From Candidatus Altiarchaeota archaeon (GTDB lineage Archaea; Altiarchaeota; Altiarchaeia; IMC4; SCGC-AAA252-I15), in NCBI GenBank assembly GCA_043800705.1, contig JAZDMS010000024.1, positions 14,546 to 78,545 of the forward strand: a DNA stretch of 64,000 nucleotides, given 5' to 3'. The position numbers were made by a program, and so were the translations under genes. The notes below the pieces were generated by a model that was given only the letters and a program-made list of their open reading frames with translations, made no database searches and was not told where the DNA came from. Below, piece by piece: positions 9,855-19,961 of the stretch (position 1 is its first letter; each line of letters begins with the position of its first letter).

Positions 9855-11273
9855 ATGCCGGGGAAGAATGAGGAGGGAGGCCAAAGGAAGCCCGATCCGC
9901 TGTTTTTCACTGTTGACGTATTTGCTTCCGCCAATCTTCCCGAGTTGCAGCATCTTGAACCGAAGTGGAGGGGTGACAGATTCGAGATTGCCCCGGCTGA
10001 TGGGGAAAACCGGGTCATACCCCGCAGGGTTACAGGCGGTGCACCTTTCGACACCCATTTCATGTTTGGCGTGCATTCCGGCTTTACATATCCGAGAGAC
10101 GTGCATAATGCCCTAACAGCCGCCGAAAAGGAGGGAAAGCCCTTCAATCTTGTCATCTTAGAACAGGCACCCTCCAAGGATCCGCAGAAAGCACGTGGCT
10201 TTCAGGACTCGGTGGATTTCATCGAAAAGTTCAGGGCGGATGCCTTGAGAATCAGCAAGGAAACAGGCATATCCCCCGACAAGGCATTAGGCCTTAAGGC
10301 ATTTGTCGAATTGACCGTTCGAAAAATCGCTTATTGGGTCGAGGACTTTGATCCCGGGAAGGTCGAGGCGGGAATCAGGAGTTATGGCCTTGACGACAGT
10401 CATGCAAAGGTTATCAAAGCCCTTTTAGGGGGTATGGATGAACGCGTGCGGATCGAACGATCCAGGATTGCGGGCTTTTCAAGGGATCAGGCAGAAATCG
10501 ACATCTACAAGGGAATGATCCATGCCGTCGTTGCAGAGCATGATGTGATAGCAGGCGCCGTGGAAGGCGATATCCCCGGTTGGAAACCTGCAGACGAAAC
10601 GGAGGTGCCTCAGGCATTTAGGAATATCAGAATCACGTTTGGAAAAGCTTTCTTAGACGGCCGCACGCTTCAGAGTCTCATCCCCTCAGTGGGGAATGCA
10701 CACAGAAAGTATCTTGAAAGATTCGCTTATCCGCGCGACAGGGCGTTAGTCGCAGCCGCCCCCGCAATCCTTGCAGGCCATAGGATGAAAGGAGGAAGGC
10801 TGAAGACCCTCTTCGTCTACGGGGGAGGGCATGCCGCCGGAATTGTAGAGGGGGCGCTGAATAGCAAACTTTGGGATGACCATGACATCACCGAGATCGA
10901 AAGCAACTCCCAGATTAGAACCGTCGGGTTCAGCGACCCTATTCACACCCAATTGATAGACCACTGCATACATTACGGGCTAGCTCTTGGAGAGGCAGAA
11001 TTTGGGGGGAAACCCATCTTTGACATCGGTGAGAGGAAAGACGCCCTAGGATTTAGGATAAAAAGTGCAACAATTGACGACCTCAGGCGCATTGACGGAA
11101 AAATTGATGGTTTGAGATCAATAATCAGGTTCGCGGTGTTGCTTGGCCATTTAGTCGGCGATAAAAACGTCCAAATTAACCTTTCAACAGAGCATAAAAA
11201 GGAGGAATGCCAAAATGTCAGGGACGCAAAAAAAAGGATACCACAACATATCTACCGGCAACTGACCACCTAA
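9855..11273 (+). CDS. hypothetical protein, possible TraB/TIKI/EreA-like fold
   Basis: 472-aa ORF; GVH, VILE, RD and FVYGGGH..GI motifs in order. Confidence 0.6.
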   Translation: MPGKNEEGGQRKPDPLFFTVDVFASANLPELQHLEPKWRGDRFEIAPADGENRVIPRRVTGGAPFDTHFMFGVHSGFTYPRDVHNALTAAEKEGKPFNLVILEQAPSKDPQKARGFQDSVDFIEKFRADALRISKETGISPDKALGLKAFVELTVRKIAYWVEDFDPGKVEAGIRSYGLDDSHAKVIKALLGGMDERVRIERSRIAGFSRDQAEIDIYKGMIHAVVAEHDVIAGAVEGDIPGWKPADETEVPQAFRNIRITFGKAFLDGRTLQSLIPSVGNAHRKYLERFAYPRDRALVAAAPAILAGHRMKGGRLKTLFVYGGGHAAGIVEGALNSKLWDDHDITEIESNSQIRTVGFSDPIHTQLIDHCIHYGLALGEAEFGGKPIFDIGERKDALGFRIKSATIDDLRRIDGKIDGLRSIIRFAVLLGHLVGDKNVQINLSTEHKKEECQNVRDAKKRIPQHIYRQLTT

Positions 11274-11489
11274 AGGGATATTGAGATCAATAGGGATTTT
11301 TGGATTCTTCATTTATCGATTCAACTTCATCCAAGCACTTCCTTAGCAGGTGATCCCAATTCCGAGAGGAGCGTAAAGGAAGACCCTTTAGGAATTAGCG
11401 GATTGTCCCGGCCCCCATATGGCCCTAAAAAGGTTTCCTCCATAGTTCAATCGGACCATTAATTATGCGGAATAATCTAGTATATCGCA

Positions 11490-12326
11490 ATGGAATCTGT
11501 TGAAATCCGTTCCGGCTTCTTCGCAGTCGGGCTCGCCCTGCACATCCCCGAGCACGAGACACTGGTTTTCTCCGACGCCCACCTCGGCTATGAAGAGGCC
11601 CTCAACAAGGACGGGGTTCTGGTGCCCCGATTCCAGTACCGGCAGATAGCGGACCATCTGAGGGAGGTCCTCGCCCAGACCAGACCAAAACGGATCGTCA
11701 TCGACGGCGACCTAAAGCACGAGTTCGGCAGCATCAGCGGCCAGGAATGGGCCGAGGTCATGAGGTTCCTCGACGAGCTCAGAAGATACGAGGTCATCCT
11801 CGTAAAAGGCAACCACGACACCATCATCGGCCCGATAGCGACGAAGAGCAACGTCAAAGTCGTCGACCAATACGTCTTAGGCACTACACTGTTCGTCCAC
11901 GGCGACAAGGAACCGAAGACCATAGACCGAAGACTGAAGACCGGCCTTTTAAGGCCGGCGAAGGAGAGACATTCGGCTGCAGCCTCAGTCTCTCAGACTA
12001 AGGACTTACTGTGTGAACTGGGGGATAAACGCTCATCCCGCATAACTGAAAACCGAAAACTGAAAACAATCGTCATCGGCCACGACCACCCCGCCGTCGG
12101 CCTCACCGAGGAGGGCCGCACCGAGAGGGTGAAATGCTTCCTCGTCGGAAAATGGAAGGGATACGACCTGGTAGTCCTGCCTTCGTTGAGCTTCGTCACC
12201 GAAGGCGTCGACGTGCTGAAGGAGGCCCTCTTGGGCCCGATGCTTCAGGGGGACATTTCCGACTTTACGGCGTTGGGATTCGATGGCGGCAGAATCCTCA
12301 AATTCGGGACTATAGGGCGGATTTGA
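11490..12326 (+). CDS. calcineurin-like metallophosphoesterase (Lhr-associated type) with 42-aa insertion
   Basis: SDAHLG, GDLKH, GNHD, HG and GHDHP motifs. Confidence 0.9.
   Translation: MESVEIRSGFFAVGLALHIPEHETLVFSDAHLGYEEALNKDGVLVPRFQYRQIADHLREVLAQTRPKRIVIDGDLKHEFGSISGQEWAEVMRFLDELRRYEVILVKGNHDTIIGPIATKSNVKVVDQYVLGTTLFVHGDKEPKTIDRRLKTGLLRPAKERHSAAASVSQTKDLLCELGDKRSSRITENRKLKTIVIGHDHPAVGLTEEGRTERVKCFLVGKWKGYDLVVLPSLSFVTEGVDVLKEALLGPMLQGDISDFTALGFDGGRILKFGTIGRI
11927..12067. repeat. in-frame palindromic insertion flanked by imperfect 15-bp direct repeats
   Basis: CCGAAGACTGAAGAC (11927) and CCGAAAACTGAAAAC (12053) are 126 nt apart; hairpins at 11941-11958 and 11964-11994. Confidence 0.75.
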
Positions 12327-12394
12327 GGTTAGGGGACTGAAACCCGAGATTTTTTAAAGGCTACGTCTGTGATACCGCGCCTGCAGAGATCATT

Positions 12395-12733
12395 ATGAAA
12401 AAGCTGTTCGGTTTGACGGTATTGACGGTCGTTGCCTTGGGGGTATTAACCCCCTTGGCATCGGATGGAGGATACTTTCCGTCTAAGGACTATTTGAATG
12501 GTCAGTACGGCAAAGCAAACAGGCAGGGTAATGTTTCTGAACTCTACTACGGGGCAAATAGGCAGACGGGGAAAAATCGGTCGGACGCTTATCGCGAAGA
12601 CGGTCAGTTGCGGAAAAACCAATCCGCAGGATTCGCAAAGATGATGCTGTACGAACACCTGGACCTGCTTAAGGCTGGGGCGCAGGAGAGGATGGACGGG
12701 GACTACGAAAAGGAAATATCGTCTTTTGAGTAG
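12395..12733 (+). CDS. small exported hypothetical protein (possibly truncated)
   Basis: MKK plus hydrophobic signal-like N-terminus. Confidence 0.45.
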   Translation: MKKLFGLTVLTVVALGVLTPLASDGGYFPSKDYLNGQYGKANRQGNVSELYYGANRQTGKNRSDAYREDGQLRKNQSAGFAKMMLYEHLDLLKAGAQERMDGDYEKEISSFE

Positions 12734-12833
12734 GCGCTCATGATGTCGAAGGCGATGTCGGACGACATCGTCAACCAATTCCCGGAAAAGTTCAGATGAT
12801 GACGCAGGGGCCTAAAAGGCCCCATGTATTATT

Positions 12834-14348
12834 TCAGGTCTCGACCCCGCCGGCGAAGTTTTCCAGTTGGTTGGCGAATGATTCCTTGTCCTTGGATAGC
12901 CCATCGTTTGCCCAGACGCTCGCGATGAGCGAATCTTCCCCGTATTCGCCTAATCTAGCATTACTAAGGGCCCTATTCGCACCCTCTAGTTTCGTCAGAC
13001 CTGTTACTATCAAGTCGTTAACTTTTTTCAGTCTTCCATCGTCAGGATTTGATGCTGTAAGCGGTTTGAAAACCTCACTCCAGGTCCTTTTATCTTCTCT
13101 GGGAAATTCCTTGTCCAATCTGGCTAATTCGTAAACGTAACGTTCCCTCGGTGTGTATTCCTCAAGCCTTTTAGGCCAGGTCACCTCCACCGATTCGCCA
13201 CCTATCCGCTTACTGACGTCTTGAACGATCTCCTCGATCAGCGCCCGGTTACCTTCCGGCCGCAAATGATCTATTTGACCGCGCTGTCTTAGGTAATCCC
13301 TGATCCTCTGTTCCCCCTTATCCCTGCCGAGCCGATCGATGGCTGGCCGAAGACCGTCGACCGCTTCGTCATAGCTGGCTTCCCTTTCCCCGCCGTATGA
13401 GTAGGTGCCTGGGTTAGCGGCCCTCCATATCATTTCGAGTTTTAGGTTTCGCCGGCGTATCTGATCCTCCGAGGACACCTTTGCTTCTGCATCTGGCGCA
13501 CCAGGGTAGGCAGCCTCGGCTTCCGGCCAGTTTACCTCTACGGATTTGCCCTTAAGACGCAAGTGGGCATCATTGACAATCTCGTCTATTAGTGATCCAG
13601 GATCGACTTTTCCATCCCCTTTGAAGTCTTTCAGCCCCCATTCGGTAATGTATCCCCTGATTCGCTTTTCTCCGCCTTCATTTCCTAGCCTTGTGATTGC
13701 GGGGCTCAGCCGGTCCACCATCTCATCATAATTCGCCCCCTTGCCGCCGACGACATCGATCCCCTCCGCCCGTTGAATAAGCTCGAGCTTAAGGTTTCGT
13801 CTTTCGATAACTTCGGGTGAGGCGACCTTACCGAGTTCAGTTTCGACGATTTTCGATTCTGTCGCCTCAGATCCCGCCACCCTCAACGTCGGCATCGGAT
13901 CAATTGCCCCCACGCCCACTATGCGATCGTTTATCGATGGTACGACACCAGGCTGGTCAAGCCGTTCATTGATGCCCGCTGCAAGCCTGCACAGGCGATC
14001 GGCTTCGCCGGGGTTTGTTTCCGCCTCCTTTGTCAGCAGTCTTGTATATAGGCGAAGGATTTTAGCCTTGTCGGGTGTTAGATTTTTCAATCCCTTGACA
14101 TCAGAAAAATCTGGCAAGTAGGGTTCCCCTTTTCCGCCGCTGAGATAATCTGAAAACGTATAGGCATCGCTCAATCCATCTCTGGCTTGCTCGATGCTTA
14201 AAGCCAAAAATTTGCCAGTGAAATTCTGTCCTTGGAAACCTGGCTGGCCGAGGAAGGCCGCAGCCGTGTTATATCCCATTTCCATCCGGTGTTGAAGCTG
14301 TTCTTGCTGTGGATCCCTCAGGGCTTGGGGGTCTTTCGATATGCCCAT
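12834..14348 (-). CDS. hypothetical protein with internal tandem domain duplication
   Basis: 504-aa ORF; two copies of RRNLKLE.I.RA...YDE.VD.L.PAI.RLG...GE.RIR.Y...LI.EIV.D...SVEV.WP. Confidence 0.75.
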   Translation of the reverse strand: MGISKDPQALRDPQQEQLQHRMEMGYNTAAAFLGQPGFQGQNFTGKFLALSIEQARDGLSDAYTFSDYLSGGKGEPYLPDFSDVKGLKNLTPDKAKILRLYTRLLTKEAETNPGEADRLCRLAAGINERLDQPGVVPSINDRIVGVGAIDPMPTLRVAGSEATESKIVETELGKVASPEVIERRNLKLELIQRAEGIDVVGGKGANYDEMVDRLSPAITRLGNEGGEKRIRGYITEWGLKDFKGDGKVDPGSLIDEIVNDAHLRLKGKSVEVNWPEAEAAYPGAPDAEAKVSSEDQIRRRNLKLEMIWRAANPGTYSYGGEREASYDEAVDGLRPAIDRLGRDKGEQRIRDYLRQRGQIDHLRPEGNRALIEEIVQDVSKRIGGESVEVTWPKRLEEYTPRERYVYELARLDKEFPREDKRTWSEVFKPLTASNPDDGRLKKVNDLIVTGLTKLEGANRALSNARLGEYGEDSLIASVWANDGLSKDKESFANQLENFAGGVET

Positions 14349-14382
14349 ATAAGGTATCTGGATAGGTGTGAATAAAAGAGGG

Positions 14383-14583
14383 TTACTTTAGTACTTCGTT
14401 AAGGCCCTTCTCCAACAGCACCTTGTCGACGAGGTTCCTGTCGTATTTTACGTTGTCGCCTGCGCACATGCTGCAGATCCCGCGGACGGTTATGTGGTCT
14501 GGGCATACGCGCTTTCCACACAGGCTGCAGGTGAAGCCGGCAGCGACCTTTCCGCAGATGTCGCAGAGGCCTGAGACGTCCAT
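14383..14583 (-). CDS. small zinc-finger protein
   Basis: CDIC, CSLC, CPDH and CSMC in 66 aa; co-oriented behind scpA. Confidence 0.75.
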   Translation of the reverse strand: MDVSGLCDICGKVAAGFTCSLCGKRVCPDHITVRGICSMCAGDNVKYDRNLVDKVLLEKGLNEVLK

Positions 14584-14628
14584 GAATAGATTCCGAAGCC
14601 CCGAATAAAAACAGATAACGCCCAAGGC

Positions 14629-15051
14629 CTATTCTGCCTTGGCAAACTTCATCTTCTCGGGCTTGACCGTGACCGTCGGCAGCTGGATGGGGGCGGGCAG
14701 CTGGAGCTTCCGGCTCATGTCCAGGGCTTCGATGATGCTCTCCTGGATGACGGAATTGGATATCTCCTTGATTGCCTCGTTCTTCAGCTCCACCTTGTCT
14801 TTCAGGTCGGAGTAGACGCTGTCCAGCTTCGGATGCTGGTACCAGAGGAAGCCTTCTAGGAATATCTCGCCCACTTCCGGAGCGTATTCGACCGAGTATT
14901 TGAAGTTGACGAGCAGATAGTCGCCTATCCTCTTGTCTTTGTCCTTCTTGACGGACAGGATAGTGGAATTGGCCTTTATCTCTATGCTTTTAACGTTCCT
15001 GTCCCTTCTTGATCCGCTGATCTTGTTCAGCTTGAAATTCAAAACCGTCAT
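14629..15051 (-). CDS. conserved archaeal hypothetical protein
   Basis: 140-aa ORF with native codon usage; beta-rich N-half and helix plus LPAPIQLP tail. Confidence 0.75.
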   Translation of the reverse strand: MTVLNFKLNKISGSRRDRNVKSIEIKANSTILSVKKDKDKRIGDYLLVNFKYSVEYAPEVGEIFLEGFLWYQHPKLDSVYSDLKDKVELKNEAIKEISNSVIQESIIEALDMSRKLQLPAPIQLPTVTVKPEKMKFAKAE

Positions 15052-15085
15052 CGTACAACCTTATATGCAACCATTGTTTAAAAGC

Positions 15086-15799
15086 CTAAGCTGGAATGGG
15101 ACGTATGTATATTTCCCCGAACAGCTGCTCCTGAGACAATGAGACCCTCTGGCCGTTGGAAAGGTGCAGGAGGCTTATGAATGTGTGCAGGATCTCGTCC
15201 TTGGTCTTGGCGATGTCGCTGAAAAGCGCCACCTCCTTCCCGGCCAGGATGCCCATCACCTTGGCATAGGTCTCCTCGATGACCTCCATCATGTTGACCT
15301 CAGGCTCGAGGACGAGCTCGGTCGGCGCGTCGCTCTCCCGCAGTTTTCTGCTCGCCCGAAGCGCTGCGGTCTCGACCCGCTTGGTCTTCTCAGCCAACGC
15401 GTCCTGTATCGCCTGGATAAGCTCGTCGGCCGTCACCCTCCTCGTCAAAGACCTTGCAGGCTTGATCGAGATCGGATACGGCTCGACATCGCCGCCAAGC
15501 AATGCGGAAATCGGATAGTCGGAGTTGAATATGAAATTCAATGCTGAGCCCATATCGGCGTAGTCCTCCTTCTTGGGGGTCAGTATGTCGGCCTTCATCC
15601 GAAGAAGGACGGAACAGACGAGGACGACGTTCGCCGGTATGCGGAAGTTCATCTCCCGCATCTCGTCGACCTTCCTCGAATAACGGCTCGCTAAGGTTAG
15701 AATATCGACGTTCCAGGGGTCCATCCCCTTGAGGACTCCGGTCAGTATGTCCCTCCAGGTCGCGTCATCCGAGCCCATCAATGCGTCTATGTCTTCCAT
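15086..15799 (-). CDS. scpA: segregation/condensation protein A (kleisin)
   Basis: MDPWNVDI, ANVVL.CSVLLRMKA, RRVT.DELI.A, FISLLHL and QEQLFGEIYI. Confidence 0.9.
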   Translation of the reverse strand: MEDIDALMGSDDATWRDILTGVLKGMDPWNVDILTLASRYSRKVDEMREMNFRIPANVVLVCSVLLRMKADILTPKKEDYADMGSALNFIFNSDYPISALLGGDVEPYPISIKPARSLTRRVTADELIQAIQDALAEKTKRVETAALRASRKLRESDAPTELVLEPEVNMMEVIEETYAKVMGILAGKEVALFSDIAKTKDEILHTFISLLHLSNGQRVSLSQEQLFGEIYIRPIPA

Positions 15800-16000
15800 G
15801 GCTAAAAACACACATAAGCCAACACACCCCGTAGTATAAGATATGGAAAATGGAGTATAAAAGAACCGCCGGATTTCCCGCAAAAACGCTGGTTTTTATT
15901 GGAAAACGATACTACACCCATAATCCCCGACACCGGCTACCCCAGCCGTATAAGGCTTTTATAATCGTCGGCGGCGATACATAACCTAGTACAGAGGTGA

Positions 16001-16993
<993 letters not shown>

Positions 16994-16997
16994 GCCC

Positions 16998-18047
16998 ATG
17001 GCAAAGACAGGCCTCGTCTACCACAGCGACTGCCTGAAGCACCTTCTCCTGGAGGGCAAACCAGAGACGCCGGAAAGGGTCTCGTCGACGATGGAGCATT
17101 TCAGGCAGACCGGACTCCTCGCCAGGCTAAGTCTTTTAACACCCGAGCCTGCGACCCATGATGACCTGGAGCTCGTCCACACTGAGGAGCTGATCAACTA
17201 CGTCAGAGACCTCTCCGATAACGGATACGACGAGAACTCCGTCATCAACGGCGACATCTACATCAGCCCAGACACATACAACTCCGCTCTCCTGGCCGCA
17301 GGCGGAGTCAAGATGGCCGCAAAGGCCGTCTGGAGCGGAGACGTGGAAAACTGCTTCGCGCTCGTGAGGCCTCCGGGCCACCATGCTAAGAGGAACCTGC
17401 CGGCTGGATTCTGCTTCTTCAACAACACGGCGGTCGCGATAAGGTGCCTTCAGCGCAATGAGGGGCTCGGGAGGATAGCTGTCTTCGACTGGGACGCCCA
17501 TTGCGGAAACGGGACCATGGACATATTCTACGAAGACCCTGACGTCCTTACCATATCTGTCCACCAGGACCCGAGGAACTTCTACCCGGGGGAAGGATTC
17601 GTGGAGCAGATCGGCGAGGGGGAAGGCAGGGGGTACTGCATGAACATCCCGGTCCCCGCGGGGTCCGGCGACGCAGACTACATCCGCATCCTCGAAGAAT
17701 TCGCCCTGCCGAAGATCAGGCAATTCGATCCGGAGATTATTTTCGTGGCCGCAGGCCAGGACAGCCACGCAGACGACGGAATGTCTGGTTTGAGGCTGAC
17801 AGACGACGGATACGCGGCGATGAGCTCGAAGCTGAGGGAACTGGCTCTGGAGATATGCGACGGAATGCTGGTGCTAACCCTTGAGGGAGGCTACAACGTC
17901 GACACCCTGCCCCACACCCATGAGAGGATCGTATCCGCGCTGCTTGGAGAAAAACCAGTTGAGATAAGGGGGAAAGCCCTCGAATCGACGAACACGGTCC
18001 TGCAACAGCTCAGGCAACAGCTCAAAGGCACTGAAATGGGCGACTAA
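16998..18047 (+). CDS. histone deacetylase/AcuC family zinc deacylase
   Basis: RPPGHHA, GFCFFNN, DWDAHCGNGT, LEGGY. Confidence 0.95.
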   Translation: MAKTGLVYHSDCLKHLLLEGKPETPERVSSTMEHFRQTGLLARLSLLTPEPATHDDLELVHTEELINYVRDLSDNGYDENSVINGDIYISPDTYNSALLAAGGVKMAAKAVWSGDVENCFALVRPPGHHAKRNLPAGFCFFNNTAVAIRCLQRNEGLGRIAVFDWDAHCGNGTMDIFYEDPDVLTISVHQDPRNFYPGEGFVEQIGEGEGRGYCMNIPVPAGSGDADYIRILEEFALPKIRQFDPEIIFVAAGQDSHADDGMSGLRLTDDGYAAMSSKLRELALEICDGMLVLTLEGGYNVDTLPHTHERIVSALLGEKPVEIRGKALESTNTVLQQLRQQLKGTEMGD

Positions 18048-18445
18048 AGAAGCCTCTTCACGTCTGCAACGATCTTGGCATGGTCGAATGCGAGCACCGG
18101 TTGCTTGCTGAGATCGAACCACCTGGCTTCCTTCGCGTCATCAGCGCCCTTGAGGGTCCCGTCCTTCTTCCGGCACAGAAATGCGACGCTGACCGTGTGG
18201 CCGCGCGGATCCCTCATCGGATCGCTAAAGACGCCGACGAGGGCTTTTACGTCGACGTCGAGGCTGGTCTCCTCTCTCGCCTCCCGCACAACGGCAGCTT
18301 CGACAGTCTCCCCAACTTCGACAAAGCCGCCGGGGAGGGCCCAGCAGCCCTTGAAAGGTGGATTTAGCCGTTTTATCAAGACTATTCGCCCACCATCCAC
18401 TATCGCCGCATCAACAGTAAGCTTCGGAGTCTCAACAGACAACAT
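18044..18445 (-). CDS. NUDIX hydrolase (ADP-ribose pyrophosphatase-like)
   Basis: Nudix box GGFVEVGETVEAAVVREAREETSL; RDPRGH; AFDH. Confidence 0.93.
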   Translation of the reverse strand: MLSVETPKLTVDAAIVDGGRIVLIKRLNPPFKGCWALPGGFVEVGETVEAAVVREAREETSLDVDVKALVGVFSDPMRDPRGHTVSVAFLCRKKDGTLKGADDAKEARWFDLSKQPVLAFDHAKIVADVKRLL

Positions 18446-18694
18446 ACAAACAGATTATTCACAGACAAAGGTTAAAATCATAATAAGGCCACGAATTCCA
18501 GGGGGAATCGCCAGATAGAAAGAAGCAGGGAAAAAAATACAGATGGGTTCGCCCGGCCAAACCGTGGATTGGACTTCCGCCCCGAGGTCCTGAGCTTTTT
18601 TAGCCCACCGTCCAGTAAATGAACAGGGCCATAGCTTCTCGCCTCACGTGAGGAAAAAGCACAGTGTAGGCGAACCGAGCTCCCACACCAGGGC

Positions 18695-19225
18695 ATGGAC
18701 AGATCGATACTCGTCACGGGCGTGCCAGGTTCCGGAAAATCGGAGGTATGCGAGGAATTGAAGAGGCTCGGCCACAACGCATTCGACATCGACTTAATTC
18801 CTGAGATGCGTTTGGTAGTCGACAAATCCACGGGGAGGATATCTGCCGCCTACGACAACAGGAACCTTGCATCGGTTAAACAGCGTTCCTTCCTCTGCGA
18901 TAAAACGAGGCTGCACGATTTCATCAACAGGAATGGGCGGAGCATGGTGTTCTACTGCGGAAACGCATCGAACATCGATGAGCTTCTGTCCCTGTTCGAC
19001 GCGACATTGCTGTTGAAGGCGAGCGAAAGCGTCCTCCTTGAAAGGCTGAAGACACGAACGTCCAACAACTTCGCTCGCTCTCCCGAAATCCAGGAATGGA
19101 TACTCGGCTGGAAAAAAAGTTGGGAGGACAGGTTAATTGAAAAGGGGGCAGTAGCCGTCGACGCGGACCGCAGCATCCATGAAGTGGCCTCCGACGTAGT
19201 CGAGAAGGGCAGGTCACCAGGATAG
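18695..19225 (+). CDS. P-loop nucleotide kinase (shikimate/adenylate kinase-like)
   Basis: GVPGSGKS Walker A; lid motif ERL..R. Confidence 0.8.
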   Translation: MDRSILVTGVPGSGKSEVCEELKRLGHNAFDIDLIPEMRLVVDKSTGRISAAYDNRNLASVKQRSFLCDKTRLHDFINRNGRSMVFYCGNASNIDELLSLFDATLLLKASESVLLERLKTRTSNNFARSPEIQEWILGWKKSWEDRLIEKGAVAVDADRSIHEVASDVVEKGRSPG

Positions 19226-19298
19226 CCATGCGCTGAATTCAGGCACAAACGCCGCATAGACGGTAGTCAACGCCGGGGATAATGGGCCGAAGTCCCAG

Positions 19299-19461
19299 GT
19301 CTGCAGTCTTCGGTCTCCGACGAAGACTGAAGACAGCAGATTAAACAGTTAGCCCGCCCGAATTTTTTGAAGTCCCCAGTCTCCCGTCCCCGGTCATCTG
19401 CCCCCGGTCAAGCAATCGATGGAGACTGCAGACCGAGGACTGAAGACAGCGAACTGATGAC
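19299..19461. repeat. inverted heptad repeats (GTCnnnn ... nnnnGAC)
   Basis: GTCTGCAGTCTTCG..CGAAGACTGAAGAC, and GTCCCCA GTCTCCC GTCCCCG GTCATCT .. TGCAGAC CGAGGAC TGAAGAC AGCGAAC TGATGAC. Confidence 0.75.
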
Positions 19462-19575
19462 TTGGAAAAAATAATGGACACGCCCGGATTCGAGAAATAA
19501 GCCACATGCTTTTTTACATCCTGGCGGGTGCGTGAATTCGACGTACAATCAGTCAACACCGGCCCGCCCGGATTC
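19349..19575 (-). repeat. degenerate copies of the tRNA-Val 3' end
   Basis: 19561-19575 is a 15/15 match, 19475-19493 a 17/19 match, and 19349-19364 a weaker match to tgggcccgcccggattcga. Confidence 0.75.
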
Positions 19576-19643
19576 TGCACAAGCTGCGACTTGTGTCATC
19601 CAGGCAGGTACATGAGACGAGACGCTAATGAAAAGATAAGAAT

Positions 19644-19718
19644 TGGGCCCGCCCGGATTCGAACCGGGGATTCCCGCCTCGTAAAGGCGATGTCATAACC
19701 GGACTAGACCACGAGCCC
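19644..19718 (-). tRNA. tRNA-Val (TAC)
   Basis: GGGCTCGTGGTCTAGTCCGGTTATGACATCGCCTTTACGAGGCGGGAATCCCCGGTTCGAATCCGGGCGGGCCCA folds as a cloverleaf; no encoded CCA. Confidence 0.97.
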
Positions 19719-19787
19719 TTTGAAGGGGTATTAGATAGGGTTTAAGGTTTTAATAAGGATATTATTTTAATCGGGGGTAAGCGAAGC

Positions 19788-19961
19788 GACACAGCCGACG
19801 CGATGCGTCGGGTGTGTGTCAGAGACGAAAAGTCTCTGCCACAATCCCCCTTTTCGCCAGCCTCCCCAAAACAGCTTTGCTGTTTTGGAGGCGCCAGTTG
19901 GCTATGAGCCAACTGAGCGTTTCTTTAGAAAAGGCTGCCGGGACTAGACCACGAGCCCTTT
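19788..19961. repeat. cluster of palindromes (REP-like) ending in a duplicated tRNA-Val 5' fragment
   Basis: Hairpins CCGACGC/GCGTCGG, CAGAGAC/GTCTCTG, CCAAAACAGC/GCTGTTTTGG, CAGTTGGCT/AGCCAACTG and outer CAGCCT/AGGCTG; 19941-19961 is identical to 19701-19721. Confidence 0.85.

Noticed and set aside
12731-12802. Amber readthrough (pyrrolysine/recoding) after ORF 12395-12733
   Set aside because: Only about 21 plausible codons follow, TAG terminates well-defined genes here (e.g. dnaK), and no pyl genes were seen; a simple nonsense mutation cannot be excluded
19941-19958. Split (trans-spliced) tRNA half
   Set aside because: The fragment stops in the D loop rather than the anticodon loop, an intact tRNA is adjacent, and no partner half or complementary leader was seen
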